64,000 nucleotides of DNA from an uncultured delta proteobacterium (GCA_963832165.1 CAWHTE010000005.1:224001-288000); one strand, 5' to 3'. Counted from the first letter of the stretch, positions 21,880 through 32,216 are shown. Made by a program: numbers and translations. The notes: a model not told the origin generated them from the sequence alone.

Positions 21880-22940
21880 TTCTTCTCCGCACGCTGCTGG
21901 CCTTCGCTCGCCTTCGGCTCGCTGCGCGCAACTTGCCCTGCCGCGACCAGCGCGGCGAGCTTCGCGCGCGCGGCACCCGAGTCGATGCTCTCGCGCGCGA
22001 GCGCGAGCCCCTCCGCGAGATCGGCCGCGGCACCGGCCACCCAGAGCACCGCGGCCGCGTTCAGTATCACGATGTCGCGGCGCGGCCCTTCCTCGCCCTC
22101 GAGCACCTTGAGCGCGATCGCGGCGTTCTCGGCCGCGTCGCCGCCGCGCAGCCCGTCGCCGGAGTAGAGCGGAACGCCCAGCGTCTGCGGATAGATCGTG
22201 AACTCCCGCACCGAGCCGCCGTCGAGCAGCGCGGCGTGCGTGGGCCCCGTGGTGGTGATCTCGTCGAGCCCATCGTCGCCGTGCACGACGAGCACGCGCT
22301 CCGATCCGAGCTGGGCGAGCGCGGACGCGAGTGTGGGTACCAGCGCGGGGTCGTAGACGCCGATCATCTGGCGCCGCACGCCGAGCGGGTTGAGCAGCGG
22401 CCCCATGCAGTTCATGAGCGTGCGGATCCCGAGCTCCTGGCGCACGGGCGCCACGTGGCGCATCGCGGGATGGGCGATCCGCGCGAAGAACGGCGCGATC
22501 CCCACCTGGGCCAGCACGCGCGCGGACGCGGCCACTTCGAGCTCCACGGCCACGCCGAGCGCCTCGAGCACGTCGATGCTGCCCGACTTGCTCGAGGCGG
22601 CGCGGTTGCCGTGCTTCGCCACCGGCACGCCCGCGCCCGCCACCACGAACGCCGCGGTCGTCGAGATGTTGAAGGTATGGGCGCCGTCGCCGCCCGTGCC
22701 GCAGCTGTCGACCGTGCGCGGATCGAGGCAGGGAGCGGTCACCGCGACCGCGCGCAGCGCGCGCGCCGCGCCCACGATCTCCCCGACCGTCTCGCCCTTC
22801 GTGCGCAGCGCCACGAGCAGCGCCGCGATGCCCACGGGCGTCGCCTCTCCCGCGGCGATCTCCGCGAACGCCGCTTCGAGCAGCTCGGGCGACAGCTCCT
22901 CGCCGCGCACGGCGCAATCGATCGCGGCGCGCACGCTCAC
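21876..22940 (-). CDS. trpD: Anthranilate phosphoribosyltransferase
   Basis: DSCGTGGDG..TFNIST and KHGNRAASSKSGS. Confidence 0.95.
   Translation of the reverse strand: MSVRAAIDCAVRGEELSPELLEAAFAEIAAGEATPVGIAALLVALRTKGETVGEIVGAARALRAVAVTAPCLDPRTVDSCGTGGDGAHTFNISTTAAFVVAGAGVPVAKHGNRAASSKSGSIDVLEALGVAVELEVAASARVLAQVGIAPFFARIAHPAMRHVAPVRQELGIRTLMNCMGPLLNPLGVRRQMIGVYDPALVPTLASALAQLGSERVLVVHGDDGLDEITTTGPTHAALLDGGSVREFTIYPQTLGVPLYSGDGLRGGDAAENAAIALKVLEGEEGPRRDIVILNAAAVLWVAGAAADLAEGLALARESIDSGAARAKLAALVAAGQVARSEPKASEGQQRAEKK
21901..21929 (-). repeat. REP-like palindrome, family A, inside the trpD 3' end
   Basis: Minus strand GCGCGCAGCGAGCCGAAGGCGAGCGAAGG, translated as ARSEPKASEG. Confidence 0.6.
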
Positions 22941-23527
22941 GCGGCGGCTCGTCCGCGGCAGCGCGCGAGGAAGTTGCCGAGCAGCTGCTTGCCGCACGCG
23001 GTCAGGATCGATTCGGGATGGAACTGCACCCCCTCGATCGGCAGCGAGCGATGGCGCACCGCCATGATCTCCCGGTCCGCGGTGCGCGCGCTGATCTCGA
23101 GCTCCGCGGGACACGACGACTCCTCGATCACGAGCGAGTGGTAGCGGGTCGCCTCGAGCGGCGACGCGACGCCCTCGAACACGCCCTTCCCGTCGTGCTC
23201 GATCACCGAGACCTTGCCGTGCATGATCCGGCGCGCCCGCACGATGCGGCCGCCGAATGCCGCGCCGATCGACTGGTGTCCCAGGCACACGCCGAGCAGC
23301 GGCGTGCCGCGCTCGGCGCACGCGCGCACGGCGTCGAGCGATATGCCCGCGGCATCGGGATCGCCCGGGCCCGGCGAGATCACGACGCCGGCCGGACCGC
23401 CGTCGAGCAGCGCCGCGGCCGACACCGCGTCGTTTCGCACCACGTCGACCTGCGCGCCCAGCTCGGAGAGATACTGAACGAGGTTGTACGTGAAGGAGTC
23501 GTAGTTGTCGATCATTGCGATCCGCAT
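22937..23527 (-). CDS. trpG: Anthranilate synthase component II (glutamine amidotransferase)
   Basis: IDNYDSFTYNL, SPGPG, GVCLGHQ and QFHPES. Confidence 0.95.
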   Translation of the reverse strand: MRIAMIDNYDSFTYNLVQYLSELGAQVDVVRNDAVSAAALLDGGPAGVVISPGPGDPDAAGISLDAVRACAERGTPLLGVCLGHQSIGAAFGGRIVRARRIMHGKVSVIEHDGKGVFEGVASPLEATRYHSLVIEESSCPAELEISARTADREIMAVRHRSLPIEGVQFHPESILTACGKQLLGNFLARCRGRAAA

Positions 23528-23538
23528 GACGGCACTCG

Positions 23539-25027
23539 CTAGTCGACTCCCTCTCGCGCCATGTCGATCGCCTCGATCAGCGCACGGCCCTTGTTGACCG
23601 TCTCCTGGTACTCCGACTCGGGGTCGGAGTCCGCCACGATGCCCGCGCCCGCGCGCAGGAAGATCTCGCCGTCCTTCACGAGCAACGTGCGGATCGCGAT
23701 CGCGGTGTCCATGTTGCCCGAGTAGTCGATGTAGCCGACGCAGCCGCCGTAGGGCCCGCGTCGCAGCGTCTCGAGCTCGTCGATGATCTCCATCGCGCGC
23801 ACCTTGGGCGCACCCGAGAGCGTTCCGGCCGGGAACGTGGCGCGCAGCAGGTCGAGCCAGTCGAGTCCCTTGCGCAGCCGCGCCTGGACGTTCGAGACGA
23901 TGTGCATCACGTGCGAATAGCGCTCGATCGTGGCGTACTCGTTCACGCACCACGCTGCCGTACTCGGCGACGCGCCCGACGTCGTTGCGCCCGAGATCCA
24001 CGAGCATCAGGTGTTCGGCGCGCTCCTTCGGGTCGGCGAGCAGATCGGCTTCGAACGCGCGGTCTTCCTCGGGCGTGCGGCCGCGCGGGCGCGTGCCCGC
24101 GATCGGGCGCACGTCGATCTTGCCGTCCTCGAGGCGCACGAGGATCTCCGGCGAAGACCCGATCAGCACGGGACCCTCGCAGCGCAGGAAGAACAGATAG
24201 GGACTCGGGTTGATCACGCGCAGGTGGCGGTAGATCGTGAACGGATCCACCTGGAGCGGGATCCGGAACTGCTGCGACAGCACCACCTGGAAGATGTCGC
24301 CGGCCTCGATGTACTCCTTCGCGTGCTTGACGCTCTCGTGAAACGCCTCGCGCGTCACGCTGCGCCGCACGTCCATCGGCGCGCGCACGGGAACGCTGCG
24401 CGGCTCGGCCGGCAGCGGCTCGCGCAAGCGCTCGACCACCGCCTCGACCGCCGCGGCCGCCTCGGCGTACGCGCGGCCGAGATCCGTGCCGGCTTCGACC
24501 GGGACGTGGCGCACGATCGCCGCGGTTTTGCGCATGTTGTCGACCACGACGATCGTCTCGGGCAGTACGAACCAGAGATCGGGCATGCCCGTCTCGTCGG
24601 GGTTTTCGTCCGGTACGCGCTCGACGAAGCGCACCCAGTCGTAGCTGACCAGGCCCACCGCGCCGCCGAGGAAGCGCGGCAACCGCGTTCCTTCGATCGT
24701 CACGGGCCGCAGCGCCGCGAGCTTCGCGCGCAGGATCTCGAGCGGATCGCCGGGTGCGTGGATGCGCTCCACGCGCCCATCCTGCTCCCACTCCACTTCG
24801 CTGCCGCGCGCGCGGAACAGCGCGCGCGCTCCCGTGCCGATGAAGCTGAACCGGCCCCACTTCTCGCCGCCCTCGACCGACTCGAACAGGAAGCTCGTGT
24901 GGCCGTCGTCGAGCCGCCGGAACAGGGACAGCGGCGTGTCCATGTCCGCGAGGATCTCGCGCACCACCGGTACCCAGTTGCCCCGCTTGGCGAGCTCCTC
25001 GAAGGATTCCTGGGACGGGCGAAGCAC
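23539..25027 (-). CDS. trpE: Anthranilate synthase component I (indel near 23948)
   Basis: [35 protein letters not shown] and [11 protein letters not shown]. Confidence 0.95.
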
Positions 25028-25108
25028 GGTGCGAACTCGAACGGGCCGCAGTGGCCCGGGGTGTAGAGGCGCAAAAACCGGCGCCGGTTCGGAGGCTTAC
25101 CAGAGGGC

Positions 25109-27526
25109 CTAGTTGCCGTCAAGCAAGCTCGGGCGCGGTCGCGGCGGCTCGCCGCCGAGACCGACCAGGCGATAGATGAGCTTCGCATCCACGCCGCGCT
25201 TGCGGTCCTGACTCAGCTCGACGCCGAGCGCCCAGCAGCCGCAGCGCGACAGGTATTCGACCCGGCCCTGATTCGCGAGCGAGCGATTGCCCTCGATCGA
25301 GTAGGCGATCCCGTAGGCGACGCTCCAGCGCGCCGTGAGATCGAACGAGACGCCGCCGCGGATCTGGTTGATGTGGTCGACCTCGGTGTGCTGGCCGAAG
25401 CGATCGCCCGCAGGGAAGTCCTCGAACAAGAGCGGGATCTCCCGCGCCCATCGGTAGCCGCCGTGGAGCGCGACGCCCGGAAAGCTCCAGCGCGCTTCCG
25501 CGAATCCTTCGTCGACGCGCCCCGCGGTGGGATCGACATCGGCGTGGAAGCCCAGGTCGAGCTGCTCGAGCGGGAACGCGCGGCCGTCGAGGATCACCGC
25601 ATCGAAGCGCGTGTTCTCGACGTCGTAGAGCCCGAGCAGCACGAAGTCGGCGAGCAGCGCGCTCCTGCCGTCGCGGGATCCGTAGAGGCGGTTGCCGAAG
25701 CCCGCCGTCGCGCGGCTCGCGCGGTCGATCCGATCGGCGTCGTCGCGCGTCACCGCGTCCAGGTCGAGCGCGCGGATCCGGTCGAGCGGCACCGCCGTCG
25801 CGGGCACGAACAGCGCGTTGCGATCCTGCGGGCGCGTGTAGGCCAGCGCATAACCCGCCTTGGGCTCGAGCACGTGCACGAGCTCTGCGTAGCGCCGGCG
25901 CAATCGCGTCGACAGGTCGACGCGCGCCGTCGGAAAGCCGCGCTCGCGGAAGTCGCGCACGCGCGAGTCGTAGAGCGTCTCGTGCCAGCCCACCTCCGGC
26001 ACGAGCGATATGCCCCAGGCATCGAGCGGCACCGCGAGCCGGGGCTGGAGCTGCATGCGGTGGCCGCGATCGGTCAGCGGCTCGCCCTCCTGGTAGACGC
26101 CATCGCCCTCGGTGCCGCCGAACAGATCGAAGTCGTCCTGGAACGGATCGGGCAGCGGGCCGAGCTCGCTGCGCGTCACGAGTCCCGGCGTCGGGTCGGG
26201 CAGAGCGTCGACGCCCGTGTCGAGGAACAAGCCGCGGGCTCCGACCAACTCCGGCGGCACTTCCAGCTCGTGCTCGGCGCGCTTGCGCGCCTCGAACCAG
26301 GTGTACTCGACGTCGAACGAGGGCATCAGGAACGGGATGCCCGGCACGCGGCCCGGAAGGATGTCGACGCGCGCGGTCGGCCAGCGCTGCAACAGGTACC
26401 GGTCGCGGTCGAGGTCGTCGGGGTTCTGCAGGTCGTCGACGAAGCGTCCCCCCACGCGGGCGCCGGTCCGCCCGATCGTGCCGACCGAGCGCGAGAGCAC
26501 CGCCTCCGACTCCAGGAAGCGGTCGTGGCGGTGGACCTCGAGCTCGCGGAAATCGAACGGCACCTCGTTGTCCGAGGCGAAGCGATAGTTGGTCTCGAAG
26601 CGCAGCTCGGCGGGCAGATACCAGTCGTGCGCGCCCGACGTGCTCCAGCGGTTGCGGCCGAACGGCTCCTGGGGCGTCTTCGGATCGATCTTCATGTCGC
26701 GGTAGTAGGCGGCCTGCGCCACGCCCTCGGAGTTCTCGCCCGACACGTAGTCGAAGCGGCCCGCACCGCCGGCGCCCCGTTCCACCGAGTAGCGCGGCGT
26801 CATCACGAGGCCCGCCTGGTCGGTGATCGCCCAGAAGAACGGCAGCCCGAACTCGAAGCCGTCGAAGCTGCCGAGCGAGAACTCCGGGAACAAGAGGCCC
26901 GTCTGCCGCTCGGTCTTGACCGGAAACACCATCCACGGGATCCATGCCACGGGCACGCCGAACACGTCGAACGTGGTGTTGCGCGCGGTGGCATAGCCCT
27001 CGACCTCGAGCTCGGCCTCCTCCGATTCCAGCACCCACGGCTCGACGTCGTCCGGCTTCGGGCAGCGGCAGGTGGTGAAGCGGCCTTCGCGGAACGAGTA
27101 GGTGCGCGGTCCGGTCTTGGCGATCTCGGCCGCGCTGGCGCGGAAGCGCGAGGTCTGCGACTCGAGCCGGCCCCCGTGCACGGTGCCCTGGATCGTCTCG
27201 AGCTCGAACTCGACGAAGTCGGCGGTCACGAGGTCCCCGGCGTCCTCGAGCTTCACGTTGCCGCTCGCCACGCCCGCGCCGGTCTTGCGGTTGAAGGCGA
27301 CCCAGTCGGCGCGCAGCGTGCGCCCCGACTGTCGGATCACCACGTTGCCGCGCCCGATGTAGAGCTCGCGCTCGATGTCGTAGTGGAGCGCGTCGGCCGT
27401 GAGCTCGAACGGCTCCTCTTTCAGCCGCTCCGAGAGATCAGACAGGCCGTCCGAGGTCTGTGCAGCCGCGGCGTGCGCGAGGACCACGGCGAGAGCCGCG
27501 ATGCAGAGGCGGACGCCCAGCGGCAT
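25109..27526 (-). CDS. lptD: LPS-assembly protein LptD
   Basis: Signal peptide, OstA-like N-terminus, FTTCRC..PW, RQTGLLFP, and C-terminal Y...CGCW. Confidence 0.85.
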   Translation of the reverse strand: MPLGVRLCIAALAVVLAHAAAAQTSDGLSDLSERLKEEPFELTADALHYDIERELYIGRGNVVIRQSGRTLRADWVAFNRKTGAGVASGNVKLEDAGDLVTADFVEFELETIQGTVHGGRLESQTSRFRASAAEIAKTGPRTYSFREGRFTTCRCPKPDDVEPWVLESEEAELEVEGYATARNTTFDVFGVPVAWIPWMVFPVKTERQTGLLFPEFSLGSFDGFEFGLPFFWAITDQAGLVMTPRYSVERGAGGAGRFDYVSGENSEGVAQAAYYRDMKIDPKTPQEPFGRNRWSTSGAHDWYLPAELRFETNYRFASDNEVPFDFRELEVHRHDRFLESEAVLSRSVGTIGRTGARVGGRFVDDLQNPDDLDRDRYLLQRWPTARVDILPGRVPGIPFLMPSFDVEYTWFEARKRAEHELEVPPELVGARGLFLDTGVDALPDPTPGLVTRSELGPLPDPFQDDFDLFGGTEGDGVYQEGEPLTDRGHRMQLQPRLAVPLDAWGISLVPEVGWHETLYDSRVRDFRERGFPTARVDLSTRLRRRYAELVHVLEPKAGYALAYTRPQDRNALFVPATAVPLDRIRALDLDAVTRDDADRIDRASRATAGFGNRLYGSRDGRSALLADFVLLGLYDVENTRFDAVILDGRAFPLEQLDLGFHADVDPTAGRVDEGFAEARWSFPGVALHGGYRWAREIPLLFEDFPAGDRFGQHTEVDHINQIRGGVSFDLTARWSVAYGIAYSIEGNRSLANQGRVEYLSRCGCWALGVELSQDRKRGVDAKLIYRLVGLGGEPPRPRPSLLDGN

Positions 27527-27579
27527 GCGCGGGCACCCTACACGAAGCAGCGCCGTTTCGCAGCGAAACTACCTCGCCT

Positions 27580-28215
27580 CTAACTCGACTCGAGCGACCC
27601 GCTCAGCGCTTCGCAGTTGGGAATGTGGAGCACGTCGTCCTCGAGGGTGACCAGCTTGCGATCGAAGAGCTGATGCAGCGCCCGGTGCACCTCGAGCATC
27701 GACAGGCCCGCCGCGGACGCGATCTGGGACAGCTTCGATTCGACGCGCATGCCCACCTCGCGCTCGGTGACCCCGAGCCGCAAGAGCGAGCGCACGACCG
27801 GGCGCATCAGGTCGTCGACGCCGAGCGCCGCGAGCCGCCGCTCGGCCTCGACGAGGCGTCCGACCAGCACGCGGATCATCCGGATCGCGATGATCGGCTG
27901 CTCGAGACACATCGCCTCGAGCGTCTCGCGGTCGAGTGCGATCAGCCGCGTGGCGTTGACCGCGACGGCGCGCGAGCTGCGCCGCTCGCCGCCGACCACA
28001 CCGAGCTCGCCGAAGAAGTCGCCGGGCCCGAGCCGCGCCACGACGCGCTGCTTGTCCTGGGTCTCGCGGACCAGCTCGACCTCTCCGGACTGGACCACGT
28101 AGAGCTGGTCGCCCGGGTCGCCCGCATCGAAGATCACCTCGCCGGGCGAGAGCGTGCGCTGGTAGTAGCGCCGCACTCGGACCGAGGTGAGCTCTTCGGG
28201 CTGGGGCTGGGACAC
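27580..28215 (-). CDS. Crp/Fnr family cyclic-nucleotide-binding regulator
   Basis: IFDAGDPGDQLYVVQSGEV, GDFFGEL and RSSRA, plus a C-terminal HTH. Confidence 0.85.
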   Translation of the reverse strand: MSQPQPEELTSVRVRRYYQRTLSPGEVIFDAGDPGDQLYVVQSGEVELVRETQDKQRVVARLGPGDFFGELGVVGGERRSSRAVAVNATRLIALDRETLEAMCLEQPIIAIRMIRVLVGRLVEAERRLAALGVDDLMRPVVRSLLRLGVTEREVGMRVESKLSQIASAAGLSMLEVHRALHQLFDRKLVTLEDDVLHIPNCEALSGSLESS

Positions 28216-28329
28216 GGCCTCCTCCACCCTCGCCAGCGCGAGGCCGAGCCGTGGCCCGGCGCGGGATCCCACAGCGATTTCGACCGGTTGGAGGACGGGC
28301 TTGAGCCGATCCTGCCGGGCGGATACGCC

Positions 28330-28827
28330 CTACGAGCCCATCAGCGGCGCGATCGCGGCCTCGACCTCCGCCGCCGTCGAGACGCCCACGATCACGGTAT
28401 CGATCCGGCCCTGCGGGTCGACGATCACCGTGGCGGGGAAGCCGTAGACGTCGTAGCGCCGCGCGAGATCCTCATCGCCCCCGACCAGCAGCGGGTACTC
28501 GGCGACCGCCTCGTTCTCGGTTCCCCACGTGCGCACTTCTTCGGCGCTCGCACCGCCCACCTCGAGACCCAGCACGACGAGCTTCCCGGACGACCGGTGC
28601 GCCCTCCACACCCGGTTCAGCTCGGGCGGCTGGAGCACGCACGGCTCGCACCAGGTCGCGAAGAAGTCGATCACGACGGTCTGCCCGCGCAGGTCGGACA
28701 GCTTCACGGTGCGCCCGTCGAGGTCGACGTGGGCGAAGTCGGGCGCGGGCGGATGGGCGCGTTCGGGCGCGCACGAAAGCGACAGCGCGAGCCACGCGCA
28801 CGCGAGCACCGCCGTGCGCGCGGTCAT
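28330..28827 (-). CDS. TlpA-like thiol-disulfide oxidoreductase lipoprotein
   Basis: Lipobox LSC, APDF, FATWCEPC and GFPAT. Confidence 0.85.
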   Translation of the reverse strand: MTARTAVLACAWLALSLSCAPERAHPPAPDFAHVDLDGRTVKLSDLRGQTVVIDFFATWCEPCVLQPPELNRVWRAHRSSGKLVVLGLEVGGASAEEVRTWGTENEAVAEYPLLVGGDEDLARRYDVYGFPATVIVDPQGRIDTVIVGVSTAAEVEAAIAPLMGS

Positions 28828-29600
28828 TGCAGCGCCCGCTCCGCCGAGGTGATGAAGTCGTTCAGGAACGCGAGCGGGCCGTTCAGCATCGTGAAGCGAT
28901 TGATCGCGAGCAGGAATCCGACCCCCACGAGCACGAGTCCCGAGCCGATCTCGAGCGCGCGGAAGTGACGCTTCACGCGCGCGAACGCCGTGAAGAAACG
29001 CTCGATGCTCCAGCCCGCGACCAGGAACGGAACCGCGAGCCCGGCCGAGTAGACGAGCAGGAGGCCCATCCCCTGCAGCACCGTCTCGCGCCCGCCCGCG
29101 AGCGTGAGGATCGCCGCGAGGATCGGCCCGATGCACGGAGACCAGCCCAGTGCGAAGCCCGCGCCCACGAGCGCCGCGCTCGCGGTGCCGTGCCGGTTCA
29201 CCGCGAACGTGGGACGCGTGTCGCGGTAGAGCGCGCGGATCGGCGCGATCCCGGTCATGTGCAGACCCAGCAACAGGATCATCACGCCGGCGATCTGGCT
29301 GATCCCGATCTCGAAACCGAACAGGTCGAGTCGCCACGTGCGAACGACGCGGCCCACGGCCACGGCGCCGATCCCGAGCACCACGAACACGGCCGAGAAC
29401 CCGAACACGAAGCCCCAGGCCGCGCGCATCACGCGCCGACGCAGCTCCGTGTCGGTATCGCCTTCGCGCAGCTCCTCGACCGACAGGCCGGAGACGAGCG
29501 AGAGATAGGCCGGCATCAGCGGCAGCACGCACGGCGAGAGCACGGAGAGCAACCCCGCGACGAACGCCAGGAAGATGTCGGGACTGGCTTCGGGTGCCAT
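28824..29600 (-). CDS. ccdA: Cytochrome c biogenesis protein CcdA
   Basis: AGLLSVLSPCVLPL and GWSPCIGPIL. Confidence 0.9.
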   Translation of the reverse strand: MAPEASPDIFLAFVAGLLSVLSPCVLPLMPAYLSLVSGLSVEELREGDTDTELRRRVMRAAWGFVFGFSAVFVVLGIGAVAVGRVVRTWRLDLFGFEIGISQIAGVMILLLGLHMTGIAPIRALYRDTRPTFAVNRHGTASAALVGAGFALGWSPCIGPILAAILTLAGGRETVLQGMGLLLVYSAGLAVPFLVAGWSIERFFTAFARVKRHFRALEIGSGLVLVGVGFLLAINRFTMLNGPLAFLNDFITSAERALQ

Positions 29601-29703
29601 CACGCGGAGCAAAGCACCCGGCTCTGACCCATGCCAGCAGTCTCGGGGCGCCAGCGCGTGGCTGGCGCCCCGAGATCTGCGACGATCCGAAGATCGATCT
29701 GGC

Positions 29704-30099
29704 TCAGTAGTCCGCGGACTCGAACGAGGCGTCCGGCGGTGCCGCCGCTGCCTGCTGCACCTCGCGGTACTGCGGCTCGCGGCCATAGAACTCGATGGTG
29801 CGCTCCATGCGGATGTGGTCCGGTGTCAGGACGTAGTCACCGCGCACGGCGGGCGACACGATCGCCTCGAGCACCTGGGTATCGCCGCCCGAGAGGCCCC
29901 AGCCCATGCCGCCGATCAGCAGGCCCATCGTCGCGTAGCAAAGCTTCACCGGCCCGTAGATGAGCGTGCTCAGGGCCGCCACCGCCCCGATGCCGCCCTC
30001 GCTCGGGCCCGAACCCAGATCCGCCCGCGCCGCCGTCGGTGCGGCCGCCACCACCAGGATCAGCGCCGTAAGGATCGCGCTGCGTCGCACTGCATTCAT
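29704..30099 (-). CDS. Hypothetical exported/membrane protein
   Basis: GGAGG RBS, signal peptide (AxA), and YGPVKLCYA..G hydrophobic core. Confidence 0.7.
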   Translation of the reverse strand: MNAVRRSAILTALILVVAAAPTAARADLGSGPSEGGIGAVAALSTLIYGPVKLCYATMGLLIGGMGWGLSGGDTQVLEAIVSPAVRGDYVLTPDHIRMERTIEFYGREPQYREVQQAAAAPPDASFESADY

Positions 30100-30345
30100 G
30101 TCCAACCTCCCGATCGCTGCACGCGGGCAGCGATCGCCGCTTGGTGCCGGCACCACGCCGGCCCCGATTGTCCCCGCGCTCTTCCGGAGTCGTGACGCAC
30201 GACCCCCGAAAGGAGATGGCTCTGGCGCAGCCCAGCCCCCCAGCCGGAACCACGTCGAGGTTCATCTCACGAAGACGACTGACCTCGGGACGGCGCCGTA
30301 CGTCCAGCCTTGGACGCAACCAAACGCCGTATCCCCCCGATCGGG

Positions 30346-30374
30346 AGCATGAGCGCCCCCTGGGGCCACGTCAA
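30346..30374 (-). promoter_or_regulatory. Putative sigma70 promoter
   Basis: Minus strand TTGACG-N17-CATGCT. Confidence 0.55.
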
Positions 30375-30399
30375 GCCCCTGTGCGAACTTCGCGTGGCT

Positions 30400-30849
30400 T
30401 CAGAACTCGCGCCGCGTATCGAGCAGGATCGTGACGGGCCCGGAGTTCACGAGCGACACGTCCATCGTGGCCTGGAACCGGCCCGCGACCACGGGCACGC
30501 CCGCCTCGCGCGCGGCCTCGAGCAGCGCGTCGAGCAGCGGCGCGGCGCGGTCGGCGGGTGCGGCCTGCGTGTACGAGGGCCGCTTGCCCTGCCGCGCATC
30601 ACCTAACAAGGTGAACTGCGAGACCACGCCGAGCGTTCCGCCCGTGTCGAGCAGCGAGCGGTTCATGCGGCCATCGGCGTCCGGGAACACGCGCAGCCCG
30701 ACCAGCTTGCGCGCGAGCTCGGCCGCGTCCTCGAGCGTGTCGTCGACCGCCACGCCGACCAGCGCGAGCAGCCCCTCGCGCATGCGCGCGATCTCCTCGC
30801 CACCCACGTGCACCGCGGCCTCGCGCACGCGCTGAGCCACGGCTCGCAT
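30400..30849 (-). CDS. dtd: D-aminoacyl-tRNA deacylase
   Basis: MRAVAQRV, SQFTL, GKRPS and NSGPVT. Confidence 0.95.
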   Translation of the reverse strand: MRAVAQRVREAAVHVGGEEIARMREGLLALVGVAVDDTLEDAAELARKLVGLRVFPDADGRMNRSLLDTGGTLGVVSQFTLLGDARQGKRPSYTQAAPADRAAPLLDALLEAAREAGVPVVAGRFQATMDVSLVNSGPVTILLDTRREF

Positions 30850-30852
30850 GCG

Positions 30853-31365
30853 CTAGATCTGGTCCTGTCGCGCGAAGCGCCCCTCGTAGCGCGCCTCGCC
30901 CTCGGTGCGCATCAACACGATCTGACACAGGCGCACGCCCGCGTGGATGCGCAGCGGATGACCCGAGACGTTGCTCATCTCGAGCACCTGGCGGTTGTCG
31001 ACGCCGGGCTGCACGAACGCCGAGGTGACGTGGATCATGAGGCCGAGCCGCGCGAAACGGCTGCGCCCTTCCAGGAATCCGCACAGGTTCGCGGGCAGCC
31101 GGATCCGCTCGCGCGTGATGCCGTGGATCGTGCTGCCCGGCATGAGTACGTAGGGCTCCGCGAGCGTCGCGACGCGCGTGTAATCGCGATAGTCGGAGTC
31201 GGCCACGAGATCGATCGCCTGCTCGGGATGCTCGATCACGCGGATCTCGTGGCCGAGCGTGAGATCGATCGATGCGGCGCCGAGCTGATCCGCTTCGAAG
31301 GGCGTGATCACGAGCCGCCCCGCGTCGAGCTCGGCGCGGATTGCATCGCGCGTGAGTACGGTCAT
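30853..31365 (-). CDS. dcd: dCTP deaminase
   Basis: ASIDLTLG, EGRSRFARLGL and VLEMSN. Confidence 0.85.
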   Translation of the reverse strand: MTVLTRDAIRAELDAGRLVITPFEADQLGAASIDLTLGHEIRVIEHPEQAIDLVADSDYRDYTRVATLAEPYVLMPGSTIHGITRERIRLPANLCGFLEGRSRFARLGLMIHVTSAFVQPGVDNRQVLEMSNVSGHPLRIHAGVRLCQIVLMRTEGEARYEGRFARQDQI

Positions 31366-31412
31366 CGTCGGCTCGCGCGGGTCATCGGGCGTCGCATGAT
31401 ACCGTAGGGTTC

Positions 31413-32216
31413 ATGCACCCGTTCTTCGCCCTGCCGCGACCGCTCGCGATCGGGCACCGCGGGTGCGCGGGCGAGGTGCCCGAGAACACCATCGCGTCGT
31501 TCCAGCGCGCGGTGCGCGATGGCGCGGTCGTGATCGAGACCGACGTGCACCTCACGCGCGACCGCGTTCCGATCCTGTTGCACGACGGCGACGTCGCGCG
31601 CGTGACCGATGGCGAAGGCGCCGCGCGCGATCTCGACTGGGACGCGATCCGGCGCCTCGACGCCGGCTATCGCTTCAGCACGCCGGACGGCCGCACGCCG
31701 TTTCGCGGCGAGGGCCTGCGCATCCCGACCCTCGCCGAGGCGCTCGATGCGCTGCCGGGCATGCGCTTCAACCTCGAGCTCAAGGAAGATCGGCCCGAGA
31801 TCAGCGAGCGCGTGCTCGGAGTGATCCGCGATGCCGGGCGCGAAGAAATCACGCTCGTCACTTCGGGTGAGGACCGGCTCATGGAGAAGCTGCGCAGCGC
31901 CGTGTCGCACTGCAGCGCGCGCGTGGCACTCGGCGCATGCACGGGCGATGTCGCGGGCTTCGTGCGCGCGGCGCGCGACGGCGTCGCGCCGCCGTCCGGG
32001 CCGATGGCGCTGCAGATCCCAGCCGAGTTCGCGGGCCATCCGCTCGTGACCCCCGAACTCGTCGCGGCCGCGCACGCACACGGCGTCCACGTGCACGTGT
32101 GGACGATCAACGAGCCGTCCGAGATCGCCGAGCTGATCGCGCTCGGCGTCGACGGCGTGATCTCCGACTTCCCCGCGCGCGTCGTGCGCGCGATTTCCGC
32201 GCGCGCGTCCGCGTGA
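31413..32216 (+). CDS. Glycerophosphodiester phosphodiesterase
   Basis: IGHRG..PENT, ETDVHLTRD, HVWTIN and GVISDFP. Confidence 0.9.
   Translation: MHPFFALPRPLAIGHRGCAGEVPENTIASFQRAVRDGAVVIETDVHLTRDRVPILLHDGDVARVTDGEGAARDLDWDAIRRLDAGYRFSTPDGRTPFRGEGLRIPTLAEALDALPGMRFNLELKEDRPEISERVLGVIRDAGREEITLVTSGEDRLMEKLRSAVSHCSARVALGACTGDVAGFVRAARDGVAPPSGPMALQIPAEFAGHPLVTPELVAAAHAHGVHVHVWTINEPSEIAELIALGVDGVISDFPARVVRAISARASA

Noticed and set aside
6535..24000. Programmed frameshifting or true pseudogenes
   Set aside because: No consistent slippery motifs were seen, and the breaks are scattered through essential genes; sequencing error is more likely
21097..25027. Apparent TrpE-TrpG and other trp fusions in the ORF track
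   Set aside because: They arise from the trpE indel and GC-rich read-through; most genes have their own start overlapping or adjoining the previous stop
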